From positions 1-64,000 of IMG/VR virus record IMGVR_UViG_3300046170_000519: 64,000 nt of DNA; one strand, written 5' to 3'. Positions 1 to 9,250 of the stretch are shown here, piece by piece. The notes under the pieces were generated by a model that had not been told where the DNA came from, did no database searches, and was given only the letters and a program-made list of their open reading frames with translations. The position numbers and the translations under genes are program-made. Position 1 is the first letter of the stretch. Each line of letters starts with the position of its first letter.

Positions 1-349
1 CCCCGAATTTCGCCATAGCAGAATCCGTAGTTTCCATAACCACCTGGATATCTTTTAGAGACTTCTCGACTTCTGCCGCTGATTGAACTATATTAAAAAA
101 GGCATCAGATATTCCATTGATTACCCCCACTGCCGCACCAAAAGCAAATACTCTTGCAGCAGATGCGTCCATAGATTTTTGAAATTCTGAAGCTGAATTA
201 GTTATTTTTCCTAAAGGTTGAACTATTCCAGCTGGATTAAGAGTTGGAGACATGCGCATGCGATTAACTACCCTCTGAGCAGCAGCAGCTTCAGCAACAA
301 TACTTTCCCTATATCCGCTTGCGGATGTTGGTATATTTACAACACTCAT
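1..349 (-). CDS. Tail tape measure protein, N-terminal part (runs off the window start)
   Basis: Translated by hand from ATG at 349: MSVVNIPTSASGYRESIVAEAAAAQRVVNRMR...SASEFQKSMDASAARVFAFGAAVGVINGIS...AEVEKSLKDIQVV. Ala-rich helical sequence typical of tape measure N-termini; lies downstream of the tail tube and chaperone genes. Confidence 0.8.
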   Translation of the reverse strand, partial: MSVVNIPTSASGYRESIVAEAAAAQRVVNRMRMSPTLNPAGIVQPLGKITNSASEFQKSMDASAARVFAFGAAVGVINGISDAFFNIVQSAAEVEKSLKDIQVVMETTDSAMAKFG

Positions 350-375
350 AATCCTTAAACCTAATTAGGTTTACA

Positions 376-1371
376 CTATTTTTTATGAATTTTCAGTAAA
401 TCTTCCATATTCAACTCTTCTTTGCCTTGTTTTTTTGCTATCTCATGTATATCGACAGAACCTTCGGTATTAACACCCATTCTTTCTAAATCACTACGTT
501 TTGCTCTTGCGAAAGAAAATCCATCAGATGATTTAGATTTCTCTAACAGGTTTTTAGCTTTTTCTTTTTTATTGTTAGATTCCTCTACAAACCTTAATAT
601 AGCTTCAGCATCGTCTTGAATATCTTCTGGTACTTCATAATTTTCAAAAATATTTTGAAACATTTTTGCATAGTTTAATAAATTTACTTGAAAAAAAGTT
701 AACTCTAAAGGGGCGGCTTGAAAAAAATTTGATAAATCTTTATGAAATAAATTAAAATAACTTTTAAATAAAGGGTAGATTGAAACTTTTTTAATGTTTT
801 TATTTGAAAATTTTTCGTTAATAATTGAGTAACTATTGAATAGTTTAGATAATTCTAAATTATCTATATATTCAAAGTCTTCATCTGTAAAAAATAATTC
901 TTTAAGTTCACTATCTTTAAATAAGCTTTTTTTTAAGAAATTTTCATTACTTTTTCTGTCTGAATATTTTTCTGCTGTATTAAAAAATAAACTTTCTTTT
1001 TCTTTTGCTTTGCTATTTAAATCTTCTTCTATTGTTTTTATTTTTTTATCTATATTAGATATATCACTTTCTAAGAAAAGATTTTTTTTTGTTTTTTTTA
1101 AATTTTTTAATTCATTAGTTTTTAACTCTATAAGTACATCTTCATTAGGGCTCCATGCGCCCTGACTTATAAGATCTTGCTCTATTTCTTTTTTTGTTTT
1201 TAAACCCTTTTCTTTAGCTTTTTTTATGAATTTTTTTTTATCGTTTTCTATAAACTCTAAATCATTTATACAAAGATGTTTTATATATAAAACACTATCT
1301 TTATAATTTATTTTTGAAAATCCATTTTTAATATCGATAAATATACTATCAATATCTTCATCAAGCTTCAT
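376..1371 (-). CDS. Probable tail assembly chaperone (331 aa)
   Basis: Lys/Glu-rich coiled-coil ORF immediately upstream of the tape measure; assignment by synteny only. Confidence 0.45.
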   Translation of the reverse strand: MKLDEDIDSIFIDIKNGFSKINYKDSVLYIKHLCINDLEFIENDKKKFIKKAKEKGLKTKKEIEQDLISQGAWSPNEDVLIELKTNELKNLKKTKKNLFLESDISNIDKKIKTIEEDLNSKAKEKESLFFNTAEKYSDRKSNENFLKKSLFKDSELKELFFTDEDFEYIDNLELSKLFNSYSIINEKFSNKNIKKVSIYPLFKSYFNLFHKDLSNFFQAAPLELTFFQVNLLNYAKMFQNIFENYEVPEDIQDDAEAILRFVEESNNKKEKAKNLLEKSKSSDGFSFARAKRSDLERMGVNTEGSVDIHEIAKKQGKEELNMEDLLKIHKK

Positions 1372-2173
1372 CTAAAACTTCTTGATCTTTTTTCATTTCA
1401 TTCATTATTTTATCCACACCCTCCTGGTCTTGAGTGCCACCTATATACCAAATAGTTACTATAGATGATATTTTATCAATACAAGCTTCAAACAAGGGGT
1501 CGTTCATAGATTCTTTATCTAAGTAATCTGAGTATTTTTCTTCAAAACTATCTCCCTCAAAAAAGTCTTCTAGCGGATTATCCTCTTGATCTCCTTCTTG
1601 AAATCTTGATAAATGTAGAATATACCACATAATAGCTCTGTTTCTAGCTTTTACATCTGCCGTATGGTCAAATAAAGAATTTTGCACCATCTCGTATTCT
1701 GTTAGCTCTTTTTTAATGTCAGAAAGCTCTTGAATAAGTATATCTAATTTTTCTTTTTGCCTCTCAGATAATTTAGAGGAATCATTCAATATAGAAAATT
1801 GCTGAATATCTAATTGTTTTTTGTGCATTTTGTATATTAATTCAGCATAGATTTGTTGCTCTTTCTCTGACCAGACTCCACCCTGATTACCGTACTGTTT
1901 TGCGAGCATAGCTTTCGTCATTAAACCCATTTTTATGAATTTATTTAACTCTACACTGTAAAACATATCACCATCTTCCAGAATTGCTCTTCTAGGTTTT
2001 TCTATGATAATTTTAAACGGTACTTCTTTTTTGACCGATACAGTCTCCTTCGAGGTGACTACTTCCATTTTACCTGTTTCTTTATTTTTTCTTTTTGATT
2101 TTTTTTCAACTTCCTCTTCAATTTCTCTTTCTATGTTAATTGAAAAAGAGTATAGTATTTTTTTGTCGTTCAT
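1361..2173 (-). CDS. Probable tail assembly chaperone (270 aa)
   Basis: Helical acidic ORF between tail tube and tape measure; synteny only. Confidence 0.45.
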   Translation of the reverse strand: MNDKKILYSFSINIEREIEEEVEKKSKRKNKETGKMEVVTSKETVSVKKEVPFKIIIEKPRRAILEDGDMFYSVELNKFIKMGLMTKAMLAKQYGNQGGVWSEKEQQIYAELIYKMHKKQLDIQQFSILNDSSKLSERQKEKLDILIQELSDIKKELTEYEMVQNSLFDHTADVKARNRAIMWYILHLSRFQEGDQEDNPLEDFFEGDSFEEKYSDYLDKESMNDPLFEACIDKISSIVTIWYIGGTQDQEGVDKIMNEMKKDQEVLDEA

Positions 2174-2180
2174 ATTTGCC

Positions 2181-2468
2181 TTATTCCTTTTTAAAATTTA
2201 TATCAAAATTATTCATATATAATAATAACTCTCTTCTAGTATCATTTCCACAATCTAATATTTTTTTTCTTATGAAATTTAACCTACCTTCATCTAGATA
2301 TTGAGCTTGTATTAGAAGTTTTTCTTCTTCAGGTAAAGCGTTTTTAAGTTTCTCAAACTGATCGTCATGCTCCAAACTTAACTCTTCAACCATTTGCAAA
2401 AAAACTTTATACAAATTAGTCACAGACCTATGCACTTGAAATTCTAAAACTTCCCTTTCTTTTTCCAT
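2181..2468 (-). CDS. Hypothetical protein (95 aa, start revised to MEKEREV)
   Basis: The longer ORF-track start (2528) lies inside a terminator hairpin; a GTGTAA motif at 2498-2503 precedes the ATG at 2468. Confidence 0.7.
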   Translation of the reverse strand: MEKEREVLEFQVHRSVTNLYKVFLQMVEELSLEHDDQFEKLKNALPEEEKLLIQAQYLDEGRLNFIRKKILDCGNDTRRELLLYMNNFDINFKKE

Positions 2469-2503
2469 TATAATATATGCCTTATACCTATATGTGTTTA
2501 CAC

Positions 2504-2538
2504 AAAAAAACCCCAAGTGTGAAAACACTTGAGGTTTT
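2504..2538 (-). terminator. Rho-independent terminator after the tail tube gene
   Basis: Hairpin aaaaccccaagtgt-gaaa-acacttgaggtttt with a U-tract on the minus strand. Confidence 0.75.
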
Positions 2539-2565
2539 AGAGGGGGGATAATTAGAAATTAATTA

Positions 2566-3813
2566 TCAAATGGTTGGAGTATGCGGCGCACCTGAGTTCT
2601 CATCAACCTTATTGACAGCCTCCTGAATGACAAAAATACCATTTTCTGAATCATTTGCTCCACCAACTTGGGAAGAGAATGTCAGATCAACAGTTTTGTT
2701 ATCGCCAATAGATGCCGAAAATGCTTGAGTATCAAGGATAGCATTTTTCATCACGTATACCAGAGCATTTTTAGCTCCGCATCTTGTGTTTAACACAATA
2801 GCGATGTCTCGTTTTTGCTCACTTCCGCATAGCAATCCATCAAGACTTCCATCAGAAAATTCAGTCATGAGAGCTGAAACACTAAGTGTCATATTTACAG
2901 GAAAGTCAACCTTTCTAGAAAATGGATAAAGACTACCTAATCTATTTAAAGGACTTCTTCCAACAGGAACTTCTAAAGATACATTTTGAACATGAATACC
3001 TGTTTTTGCTTTTGTTTCGTCTACTCCTGGTAAAACAGCTCCACCTACACTTAATTTTCCTGCTTCACCACTACCAAGATAACCTTTAGCATCAAAATCT
3101 ATATAGATATCACCAGGTCTAATAGCAAAAACTTCATCTCCGCCGACCTGAATATCTCCATCATTTGAGGAAACCTGTGTAAGATCGACAGTATTGGCGA
3201 TTCTGCTTCCTGTTGTAGACTCTACATTAATAGCTGGATTATCGAATGCTGATGATATGTCATTTTTGAATACAATATTCGAACCTTCGACAGACAAACT
3301 TGCTGTAGCTAACTCTCCAACAGCAGCAGATATTCCATAACTTGTGATAAAACCGTTTCCAATCCCAATTACACCATGATCAGCTTGACCTACTTTTTCT
3401 GAAGAGTGATGAACATCTTCACCTTCAGGTACAGTTACTACATAGTAATTCTTTTCCTCATTAGTTCCTGAAAGCAAATCTTTAGTAAAGGAATCTGCTC
3501 CTGTGACAGGAAATGTGTTTTTTCCTGTTGTGTTGATATTGAACCCTAAACTTGACTCTTGGGTTCCATCTGTAATATAATATGAAAAATCAAGACTTAC
3601 TGTAGGTGGTTCAGTAACTTCTCTTGAAAGTGCAGCTAATTGACCAAACTCATTAATGTCTGTACGAGACACTTCGAGGTTGTAACTCATATCTTGAACT
3701 CTGTTTATCTCTTTTACATCGGATGCTACAATATTCTTTGCAGCTCCTGATGATCCATTAATATTACTAACGAAAAGAGATTCACTTTGATATATAACTC
3801 TGTCTGTTGCCAT
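2566..3813 (-). CDS. Probable major tail (tube) protein (415 aa)
   Basis: Ser/Gly/Thr-rich beta-type sequence (RVQDMSYNLEVSRTDINEFGQ, PPTVSLDFSYY); followed by a terminator; lies between tail completion and chaperone genes. Confidence 0.6.
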   Translation of the reverse strand: MATDRVIYQSESLFVSNINGSSGAAKNIVASDVKEINRVQDMSYNLEVSRTDINEFGQLAALSREVTEPPTVSLDFSYYITDGTQESSLGFNINTTGKNTFPVTGADSFTKDLLSGTNEEKNYYVVTVPEGEDVHHSSEKVGQADHGVIGIGNGFITSYGISAAVGELATASLSVEGSNIVFKNDISSAFDNPAINVESTTGSRIANTVDLTQVSSNDGDIQVGGDEVFAIRPGDIYIDFDAKGYLGSGEAGKLSVGGAVLPGVDETKAKTGIHVQNVSLEVPVGRSPLNRLGSLYPFSRKVDFPVNMTLSVSALMTEFSDGSLDGLLCGSEQKRDIAIVLNTRCGAKNALVYVMKNAILDTQAFSASIGDNKTVDLTFSSQVGGANDSENGIFVIQEAVNKVDENSGAPHTPTI

Positions 3814-3878
3814 AATTTATAAAATTTTAATTAATAATGCTTATTACAGTAAAAATATAGAAATGTGAAAAAATATTT

Positions 3879-4757
3879 TTATCTTTGAAAAATGGCTCTT
3901 GGGTTTCTGGGCTTAGATAAATCAAAGTCTAGGAAACCTATTTTATAATCTTGTGATGAAGTAATCCTTTCTCTTGACCTGTCTGTAAGTTTAGATGCTC
4001 TAACACATTCAATAAAAACATTTGAGGAAGATCCACTAATAACATCTGAATACTTATAAGGGTGAGATTTAACATGGAAAAACTCTCCAAATGGAAAATT
4101 TTCAAATTCGATTAAAGGAAACATAGTTTTTGCAGAATCTCTAAACATCGAAAGAACTCCATCTAATGTATAATTTGAATCTGCTACTACAACAGATCTC
4201 ATTCTGCATACCGTATTATCTAACCCTCCAAAAGCAAAAGGTTCATTTTCAGAATTTTCCAAAGTGATAAACATTGCTGGTACGGTATATATCGTGTCAG
4301 AAAAACCTCCATTGGTTTGTAAAAAAGTTTGATTTGTTGGCGATATAATAAAATCACTATTAATTATTACATTTTCTTCTGTTTCATCCGTAATATAAAG
4401 GTTTACTGTTTTATAAGCAAATTCTCCAGTTATGTTTAAAGTTTTGCTGGCCCCATGGATGGCGGTATCGACAAGAACCCTTCCATTATTAAAATCAATA
4501 TAAAGCCCATCTGTTTTATCAAATTTTTTTGCTCCATTAATTGATACAAAATTATTAACAGACACTTTGTCTGACGCTGCTACAAATTGCCTGTAAGGGC
4601 TATAATATCCGTGGTAATTCGCAGGAACATCCAGTGTATCAACATACTCAAAAGTGTGGCTAACTGGAGCTTTAAAAGCCTCAGCAAAATAACTCAACCT
4701 ATCGTCACACCAAAGAAAAAAGCTGGATAAAATTTTGTGATCAAAACCTGTTTTCAT
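3879..4757 (-). CDS. Probable tail terminator/completion protein (292 aa)
   Basis: Position directly upstream of the tail tube; synteny. Confidence 0.4.
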   Translation of the reverse strand: MKTGFDHKILSSFFLWCDDRLSYFAEAFKAPVSHTFEYVDTLDVPANYHGYYSPYRQFVAASDKVSVNNFVSINGAKKFDKTDGLYIDFNNGRVLVDTAIHGASKTLNITGEFAYKTVNLYITDETEENVIINSDFIISPTNQTFLQTNGGFSDTIYTVPAMFITLENSENEPFAFGGLDNTVCRMRSVVVADSNYTLDGVLSMFRDSAKTMFPLIEFENFPFGEFFHVKSHPYKYSDVISGSSSNVFIECVRASKLTDRSRERITSSQDYKIGFLDFDLSKPRNPRAIFQR

Positions 4758-5353
4758 TTTATATTCTTAAATATTTTTTCTTTCAAAGAAGAGATGATTT
4801 GTGAGATATACTTTGTATTTCTAAACCCACCACTCCTCACTCTATGATTAGCTTGAATACCCTGACCTGACCTGCTGGAAAATGACATTCTATTTATATA
4901 TTTTGCCAAGCCAGATATACCTCTTTCAATACCTTCAGCCCAACTTCTCCCCTGAATCCAAGGCATAGGGGTAGCTTGAAAAATCTCTTCTTTATCTGGA
5001 ACTTCAACCATGAATTTAATATTATTTGACTTATAGGAGCTAGGAACAGCTTTAACATTTAATTTTCTTTTAAAGAAATATTTTACTACATCTACAGGTC
5101 TCATGCCTTCTTCAAATCCTATAAACGAAAATAAATTGCCATACCCGCCCAATGTTCCACTTTGATTAAAACCATTTGGTCCAGATTCAATTTCTTTAGT
5201 TACTGGATGATCTTCAAGCTCTTGATAAGCCTCTCTTTGAGCCATTTCAGTAGCTTGTATAATTTTTTTTTCAATAACTCTCCCTATTACTGGACCAACT
5301 TGCGTAGCTTCAATTTGTTTTAATTTAGATTGATTGATTGAGATTTTTTTCAC
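4754..5353 (-). CDS. Probable neck/tail-completion protein (HK97 gp10-like position)
   Basis: GTG start; Gly-rich basic motifs (GNLFSFIGF, SWAEGIERGISG, SRSGQGIQ); synteny in the head-tail joining cluster. Confidence 0.45.
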   Translation of the reverse strand: MKKISINQSKLKQIEATQVGPVIGRVIEKKIIQATEMAQREAYQELEDHPVTKEIESGPNGFNQSGTLGGYGNLFSFIGFEEGMRPVDVVKYFFKRKLNVKAVPSSYKSNNIKFMVEVPDKEEIFQATPMPWIQGRSWAEGIERGISGLAKYINRMSFSSRSGQGIQANHRVRSGGFRNTKYISQIISSLKEKIFKNIK

Positions 5354-5800
5354 TTAACTCCTCCTTTTTAATAGTATATTATAATAATTGACGGAAAAAA
5401 TTCCTGATTTAGCTGCATCGGAAGATACATTAAATAATTCTCCATCAACTTCTATATCTGTTGCTTGTTTGATTAAATTATAACCTTGCAAATTAACTTT
5501 TATTCTTATATGGTCTGAAGGAATATCAATTCCAAGAATTTCATTCTCACTATTTTGCCTTAAAAATTCAAAATTCCCAGCATAAGCTATTCTAGCTTTT
5601 ATTTTTATTTCTTCAACTGTTTTACTATTTCCTTTTTCATTTTTAATTCTTGAATATAAGGCATTATAAGTATTATTTGTTGCAATAAAGATCTTTTTTT
5701 CTTTTTTAAATATTGTAATTTCTCTAGCAAAAGTATCATGTATATCATCAAATACTTTATCGTATTTATTCTTATCAGAGTTGGGTATTAAATTTGTCAT
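5354..5800 (-). CDS. Probable head-closure protein (148 aa)
   Basis: ATG at 5800 overlaps the stop of the upstream gene (TAATG coupling); small beta-rich ORF in the stopper position. Confidence 0.45.
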   Translation of the reverse strand: MTNLIPNSDKNKYDKVFDDIHDTFAREITIFKKEKKIFIATNNTYNALYSRIKNEKGNSKTVEEIKIKARIAYAGNFEFLRQNSENEILGIDIPSDHIRIKVNLQGYNLIKQATDIEVDGELFNVSSDAAKSGIFSVNYYNILLKRRS

Positions 5801-8757
5801 TATGTGTAGCAAGGTATAGTCATTTCACAAACCCCAGAAACAATTTTGCAACTAAAGCAAGTTGTAGAGCATGTGCATGCGCAGCACTCACTGCAAGTAT
5901 CAAATTTATCCGAAGATGTAAGTTCGCTATGTCTTGTAACGAACCCGCTGTTATATTCATTTTGATTTTTGAAATTAAAAGCTGAACCTCCGCAGTCTGC
6001 TGCAGAATTAGCCCCGCACAGTTCTGCATTTACGGTAATATCGTTTAAACTATAGCATCTTCCATTAATATAAACTCCATTGGAAGGAAGTTCTCCTTCC
6101 CCTAAAGCTATATAGAATTTCTCCAATTCACTGACTGTTGAAGGACATCTTGACGCATCATTACAGGGGTTATCTTTATATTCGTCAATATCACATAATG
6201 TGTATTCAGCGCACGTACCATAACCGCATGTAGTTTCTGTTGGCGATGATGTATATGTTGGAGGAATATATTCTTGAACTAAATCGAACAAGTTGGGGTC
6301 TGTATTTGCTAATACAACATCGTAACATTGCCCGCCTACATCAATAAAAATTATATGATTATTTTTAATTTTCTTTTTTGTCGTTACGGCGGCATTTAAG
6401 GTAAAAAATTGATTGTTTATATAATATGTTGTTGGGGTTATAGATTCATCTACGGTATCATAACAAATGTTCCAATTTTTCATTGAAACTGTGTTAAAAA
6501 AAGGATTTGTTTGAGTCAATTCTATTTCATTGTTTAACCAAGCCCCATTAACAGTTTCAGTATTAATTACATCTGACACATCTTTATTACTGCAACACAC
6601 GGAATTCCCTGAAGCTACAGACTCCATTGAAAAGCTATGCGCCCCACTTGATTCAAAAAGTTTATCCATATATATGGTTTCACCTTCTAGTGATCCATTT
6701 CCCTCTATAAGCATAAAATCTTTATTATTTACTTTTAATTGTACAGAATAACTTGAAGAGTTTCCTGTAGCTCTCGGCATACACATGCTAGCTCCTACAG
6801 CATCACTATGAATATTTTTTATAGTTGTTTCATTTGAGCTTTCAGAAGATGGTATTGTTATATTAGATTGCGAGCTAATACTTTGGGTTCTAAACCCATA
6901 TTCACAACATGGACCTGCAGGAGAAAATGTAAAACTAGTTGTGATTGTTTCTGTCTGAGTATTAGTCTCTGTCTCTGTTTGAGTCTGAGTATTAGTCTCT
7001 GTCTCTGTTTGAGTCTGAGTATTAGTCTCTGTCTCTGTTTGAGTCTGAGTATTGGTTATAGTCTCTGTTTGAGTCTGAGTATTGGTTATAGTCTCTGTTT
7101 GAGTCTCAGTATTAGTAGATGTCTCTGTTTGAGTCTCAGTGTTGGTAGATGTCTCTGTTTGAGTCTCAGTGTTGGTAGATGTATCTGTTTGAGTCTCAGT
7201 GTTGGTAGATGTATCTGTTTGAGTCTCAGTATTAGTAGATGTCTCTGTTTGAGTCTCAGTGTTGGTAGATGTATCTGTTTGAGTCTGAGTATTGGTTATA
7301 GTCTCTGTTTGAGTCTCAGTGTTGGTAGATGTATCTGTTTGAGTCTGAGTATTGGTTATAGTCTCTGTTTGAGTCTCAGTATTGGTTATAGTCTCTGTTT
7401 GAGTCTCAGTGTTGGTAGATGTATCTGTTTGAGTCTCAGTGTTAGTAGATGTCTCTGTTTGAGTCTCAGTGTTGGTAGATGTATCTGTTTGAGTCTGAGT
7501 ATTGGTTATAGTCTCTGTTTGAGTCTCAGTATTGGTTATAGTCTCTGTTTGAGTCTCAGTGTTGGTAGATGTATCTGTTTGAGTCTCAGTGTTGGTAGAT
7601 GTCTCTGTTTGAGTCTCAGTGTTGGTAGATGTATCTGTTTGAGTCTGAGTATTGGTTATAGTCTCTGTTTGAGTCTCAGTGTTGGTAGATGTATCTGTTT
7701 GAGTCTCAGTATTGGTTATAGTCTCTGTTTGAGTCTCAGTATTAGTAGATGTACCTGTTTGAGTCTCAGTATTGGTTATAGTCTCTGTTTGAGTCTCAGT
7801 GTTGGTAGATGTATCTGTTTGAGTCTCAGTGTTGGTAGATGTATCTGTTTGAGTCTCAGTGTTGGTAGATGTATCTGTTTGAGTCTCAGTATTAGTAGAT
7901 GTATCTGTTTGAGTCTCAGTATTGGTTATAGTCTCTGTTTGAGTCTCAGTATTAGTAGATGTATCTGTTTGAGTCTCAGTATTAGTAGATGTACCTGTTT
8001 GAGTCTCAGTATTGGTTATAGTCTCTGTTTGAGTCTCAGTATTAGTAGATGTATCTGTTTCGGTTTCAGTGTTGGTTTTAACTACAGTTTTTTTTTCCGT
8101 CTCAGTTATCGTTGGAGTGTGACCCTCGTGACACTCATGAGTTTTTGTTGGAGTATAAAATACTGTTTCTGTTTGAGTTTTTGTATAACATTTATATTCT
8201 TCAGTTTCGCATCCATGTTTGTTATTTAAACAAGAAGCTTTTCCTGAAAAACCTTCTTCAAGAACTTGTCTAGGTAAAGATTTATATATATTATAATATT
8301 GAACAAACTCTTTTATTTTTACGTCAGCTTCTGCAGATATGCTTTTATAAGCTTGAGCTGCTTGAATTTTTTGTTGAGGCGTTGAAATTAATGACTGTCT
8401 TTTTATCTGAGAATCTCCTTCTCTCAGTTCAATCCAATCAGACATTGAAAAAGATGATTCGCCAGTACTGACATCGCTTTCTGTAACATTCTTAAGTACA
8501 GCTTGACTTTTTCGCTTATAATATTCTTTTAAATATAACTGAATAAATATAGCTATTTCTTCTGGACCTAACCTAGGACAAACATCAAGGTTTTCAGTAA
8601 CCCGATATTCTGAATGTATTAATATATTAAGCTGGCCTATATTCGTCTCAAGCCAAGCAGAAATAGAGTTGATTAAGTTTTTTCCACCATCTTTAGATGA
8701 ATCGTCATAAAACTCTGTAGAATATATTTTTCGAGCGATATCATGAATTTGACTCAT
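5800..8757 (-). CDS. Putative head-tail adaptor fused to a Thr-rich repeat stalk and a Cys-rich C-terminal domain (985 aa)
   Basis: About 230-aa N-terminal region in the adaptor position (ELREGDSQIKR, YNIYKSLPRQV), then 37 x 10-aa T-rich repeats, then about 385 aa with 24 Cys. Confidence 0.6.
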   Translation of the reverse strand: MSQIHDIARKIYSTEFYDDSSKDGGKNLINSISAWLETNIGQLNILIHSEYRVTENLDVCPRLGPEEIAIFIQLYLKEYYKRKSQAVLKNVTESDVSTGESSFSMSDWIELREGDSQIKRQSLISTPQQKIQAAQAYKSISAEADVKIKEFVQYYNIYKSLPRQVLEEGFSGKASCLNNKHGCETEEYKCYTKTQTETVFYTPTKTHECHEGHTPTITETEKKTVVKTNTETETDTSTNTETQTETITNTETQTGTSTNTETQTDTSTNTETQTETITNTETQTDTSTNTETQTDTSTNTETQTDTSTNTETQTDTSTNTETQTETITNTETQTGTSTNTETQTETITNTETQTDTSTNTETQTETITNTQTQTDTSTNTETQTETSTNTETQTDTSTNTETQTETITNTETQTETITNTQTQTDTSTNTETQTETSTNTETQTDTSTNTETQTETITNTETQTETITNTQTQTDTSTNTETQTETITNTQTQTDTSTNTETQTETSTNTETQTDTSTNTETQTDTSTNTETQTETSTNTETQTETSTNTETQTETITNTQTQTETITNTQTQTETETNTQTQTETETNTQTQTETETNTQTETITTSFTFSPAGPCCEYGFRTQSISSQSNITIPSSESSNETTIKNIHSDAVGASMCMPRATGNSSSYSVQLKVNNKDFMLIEGNGSLEGETIYMDKLFESSGAHSFSMESVASGNSVCCSNKDVSDVINTETVNGAWLNNEIELTQTNPFFNTVSMKNWNICYDTVDESITPTTYYINNQFFTLNAAVTTKKKIKNNHIIFIDVGGQCYDVVLANTDPNLFDLVQEYIPPTYTSSPTETTCGYGTCAEYTLCDIDEYKDNPCNDASRCPSTVSELEKFYIALGEGELPSNGVYINGRCYSLNDITVNAELCGANSAADCGGSAFNFKNQNEYNSGFVTRHSELTSSDKFDTCSECCACTCSTTCFSCKIVSGVCEMTIPCYT
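6961..8070 (-). repeat. Coding tandem repeat, 37 x 30 bp (TETQTDTSTN / TETQTETITN variants)
   Basis: Units such as gttggtagatgtatctgtttgagtctcagt and attggttatagtctctgtttgagtctcagt are directly visible; 1110 bp = 37 units. Confidence 0.95.
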
Positions 8758-8770
8758 CTCATAATTAAGT

Positions 8771-9151
8771 TTAACTTAAGTTAAAAAGTTTTTTTTGCTC
8801 TTTAGATAATTTTGATTTATCTAGAATTGGCGCAGAACTAGAAAAAACCCTACCTTTACCAGAGAATTTTTCTTTCTTAAACTCTTTTTTTAATTTATTT
8901 TTTAACGTTGTTCTGTTCCCAGAAGGGAAAACGCCAGCTCCTACAGCTAAGGATTGAAGCTCTGGTAAAGACATTGATGCTATTTTTTCATCAAACTCTT
9001 CTTCACTTGAGCTTTTAAATTTTTCATATGTGCCTGGTGTGCGCATAAGATCTTCTAAACTCCTCACCCCATTAATTGAGTTACTGTTTTCATGGCTTTT
9101 GCCATCAATGTATTTTAATTCTTTTTTTGTATTGGCTTTTCTTTTTTTCAT
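8771..9151 (-). CDS. Hypothetical basic protein downstream of the major capsid gene (126 aa)
   Basis: ORF with its own GTGTAA motif at 9168-9173; short helical core (SLPELQSLAVGAGVFP). Confidence 0.75.
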   Translation of the reverse strand: MKKRKANTKKELKYIDGKSHENSNSINGVRSLEDLMRTPGTYEKFKSSSEEEFDEKIASMSLPELQSLAVGAGVFPSGNRTTLKNKLKKEFKKEKFSGKGRVFSSSAPILDKSKLSKEQKKLFNLS

Positions 9152-9194
9152 GAAATATTGTATTTGGTTACACTTTTATAATAAATCTGTGAAT

Positions 9195-9225
9195 AAAAAA
9201 ATCCACCCCGAAGGGTGGATTTTTT
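9195..9225 (-). terminator. Rho-independent terminator after the major capsid gene (bidirectional form)
   Basis: aaaaaatccaccc-cgaa-gggtggatttttt perfect hairpin flanked by A/T tracts. Confidence 0.9.
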
Positions 9226-9250
9226 AAATAGCCAGTACTTTTTGTAAGTA

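Noticed and set aside
1340-1400. Programmed frameshift between the two tail chaperone ORFs
   Set aside because: The downstream frame has a TAG immediately before its ATG and no slippery heptamer lies in the 11-nt overlap; ordinary coupling is more likely.
6868-8229. 453-aa plus-strand ORF of CLSLS repeats
   Set aside because: Antisense shadow of the stop-free 30-bp coding repeat; no promoter or RBS support.
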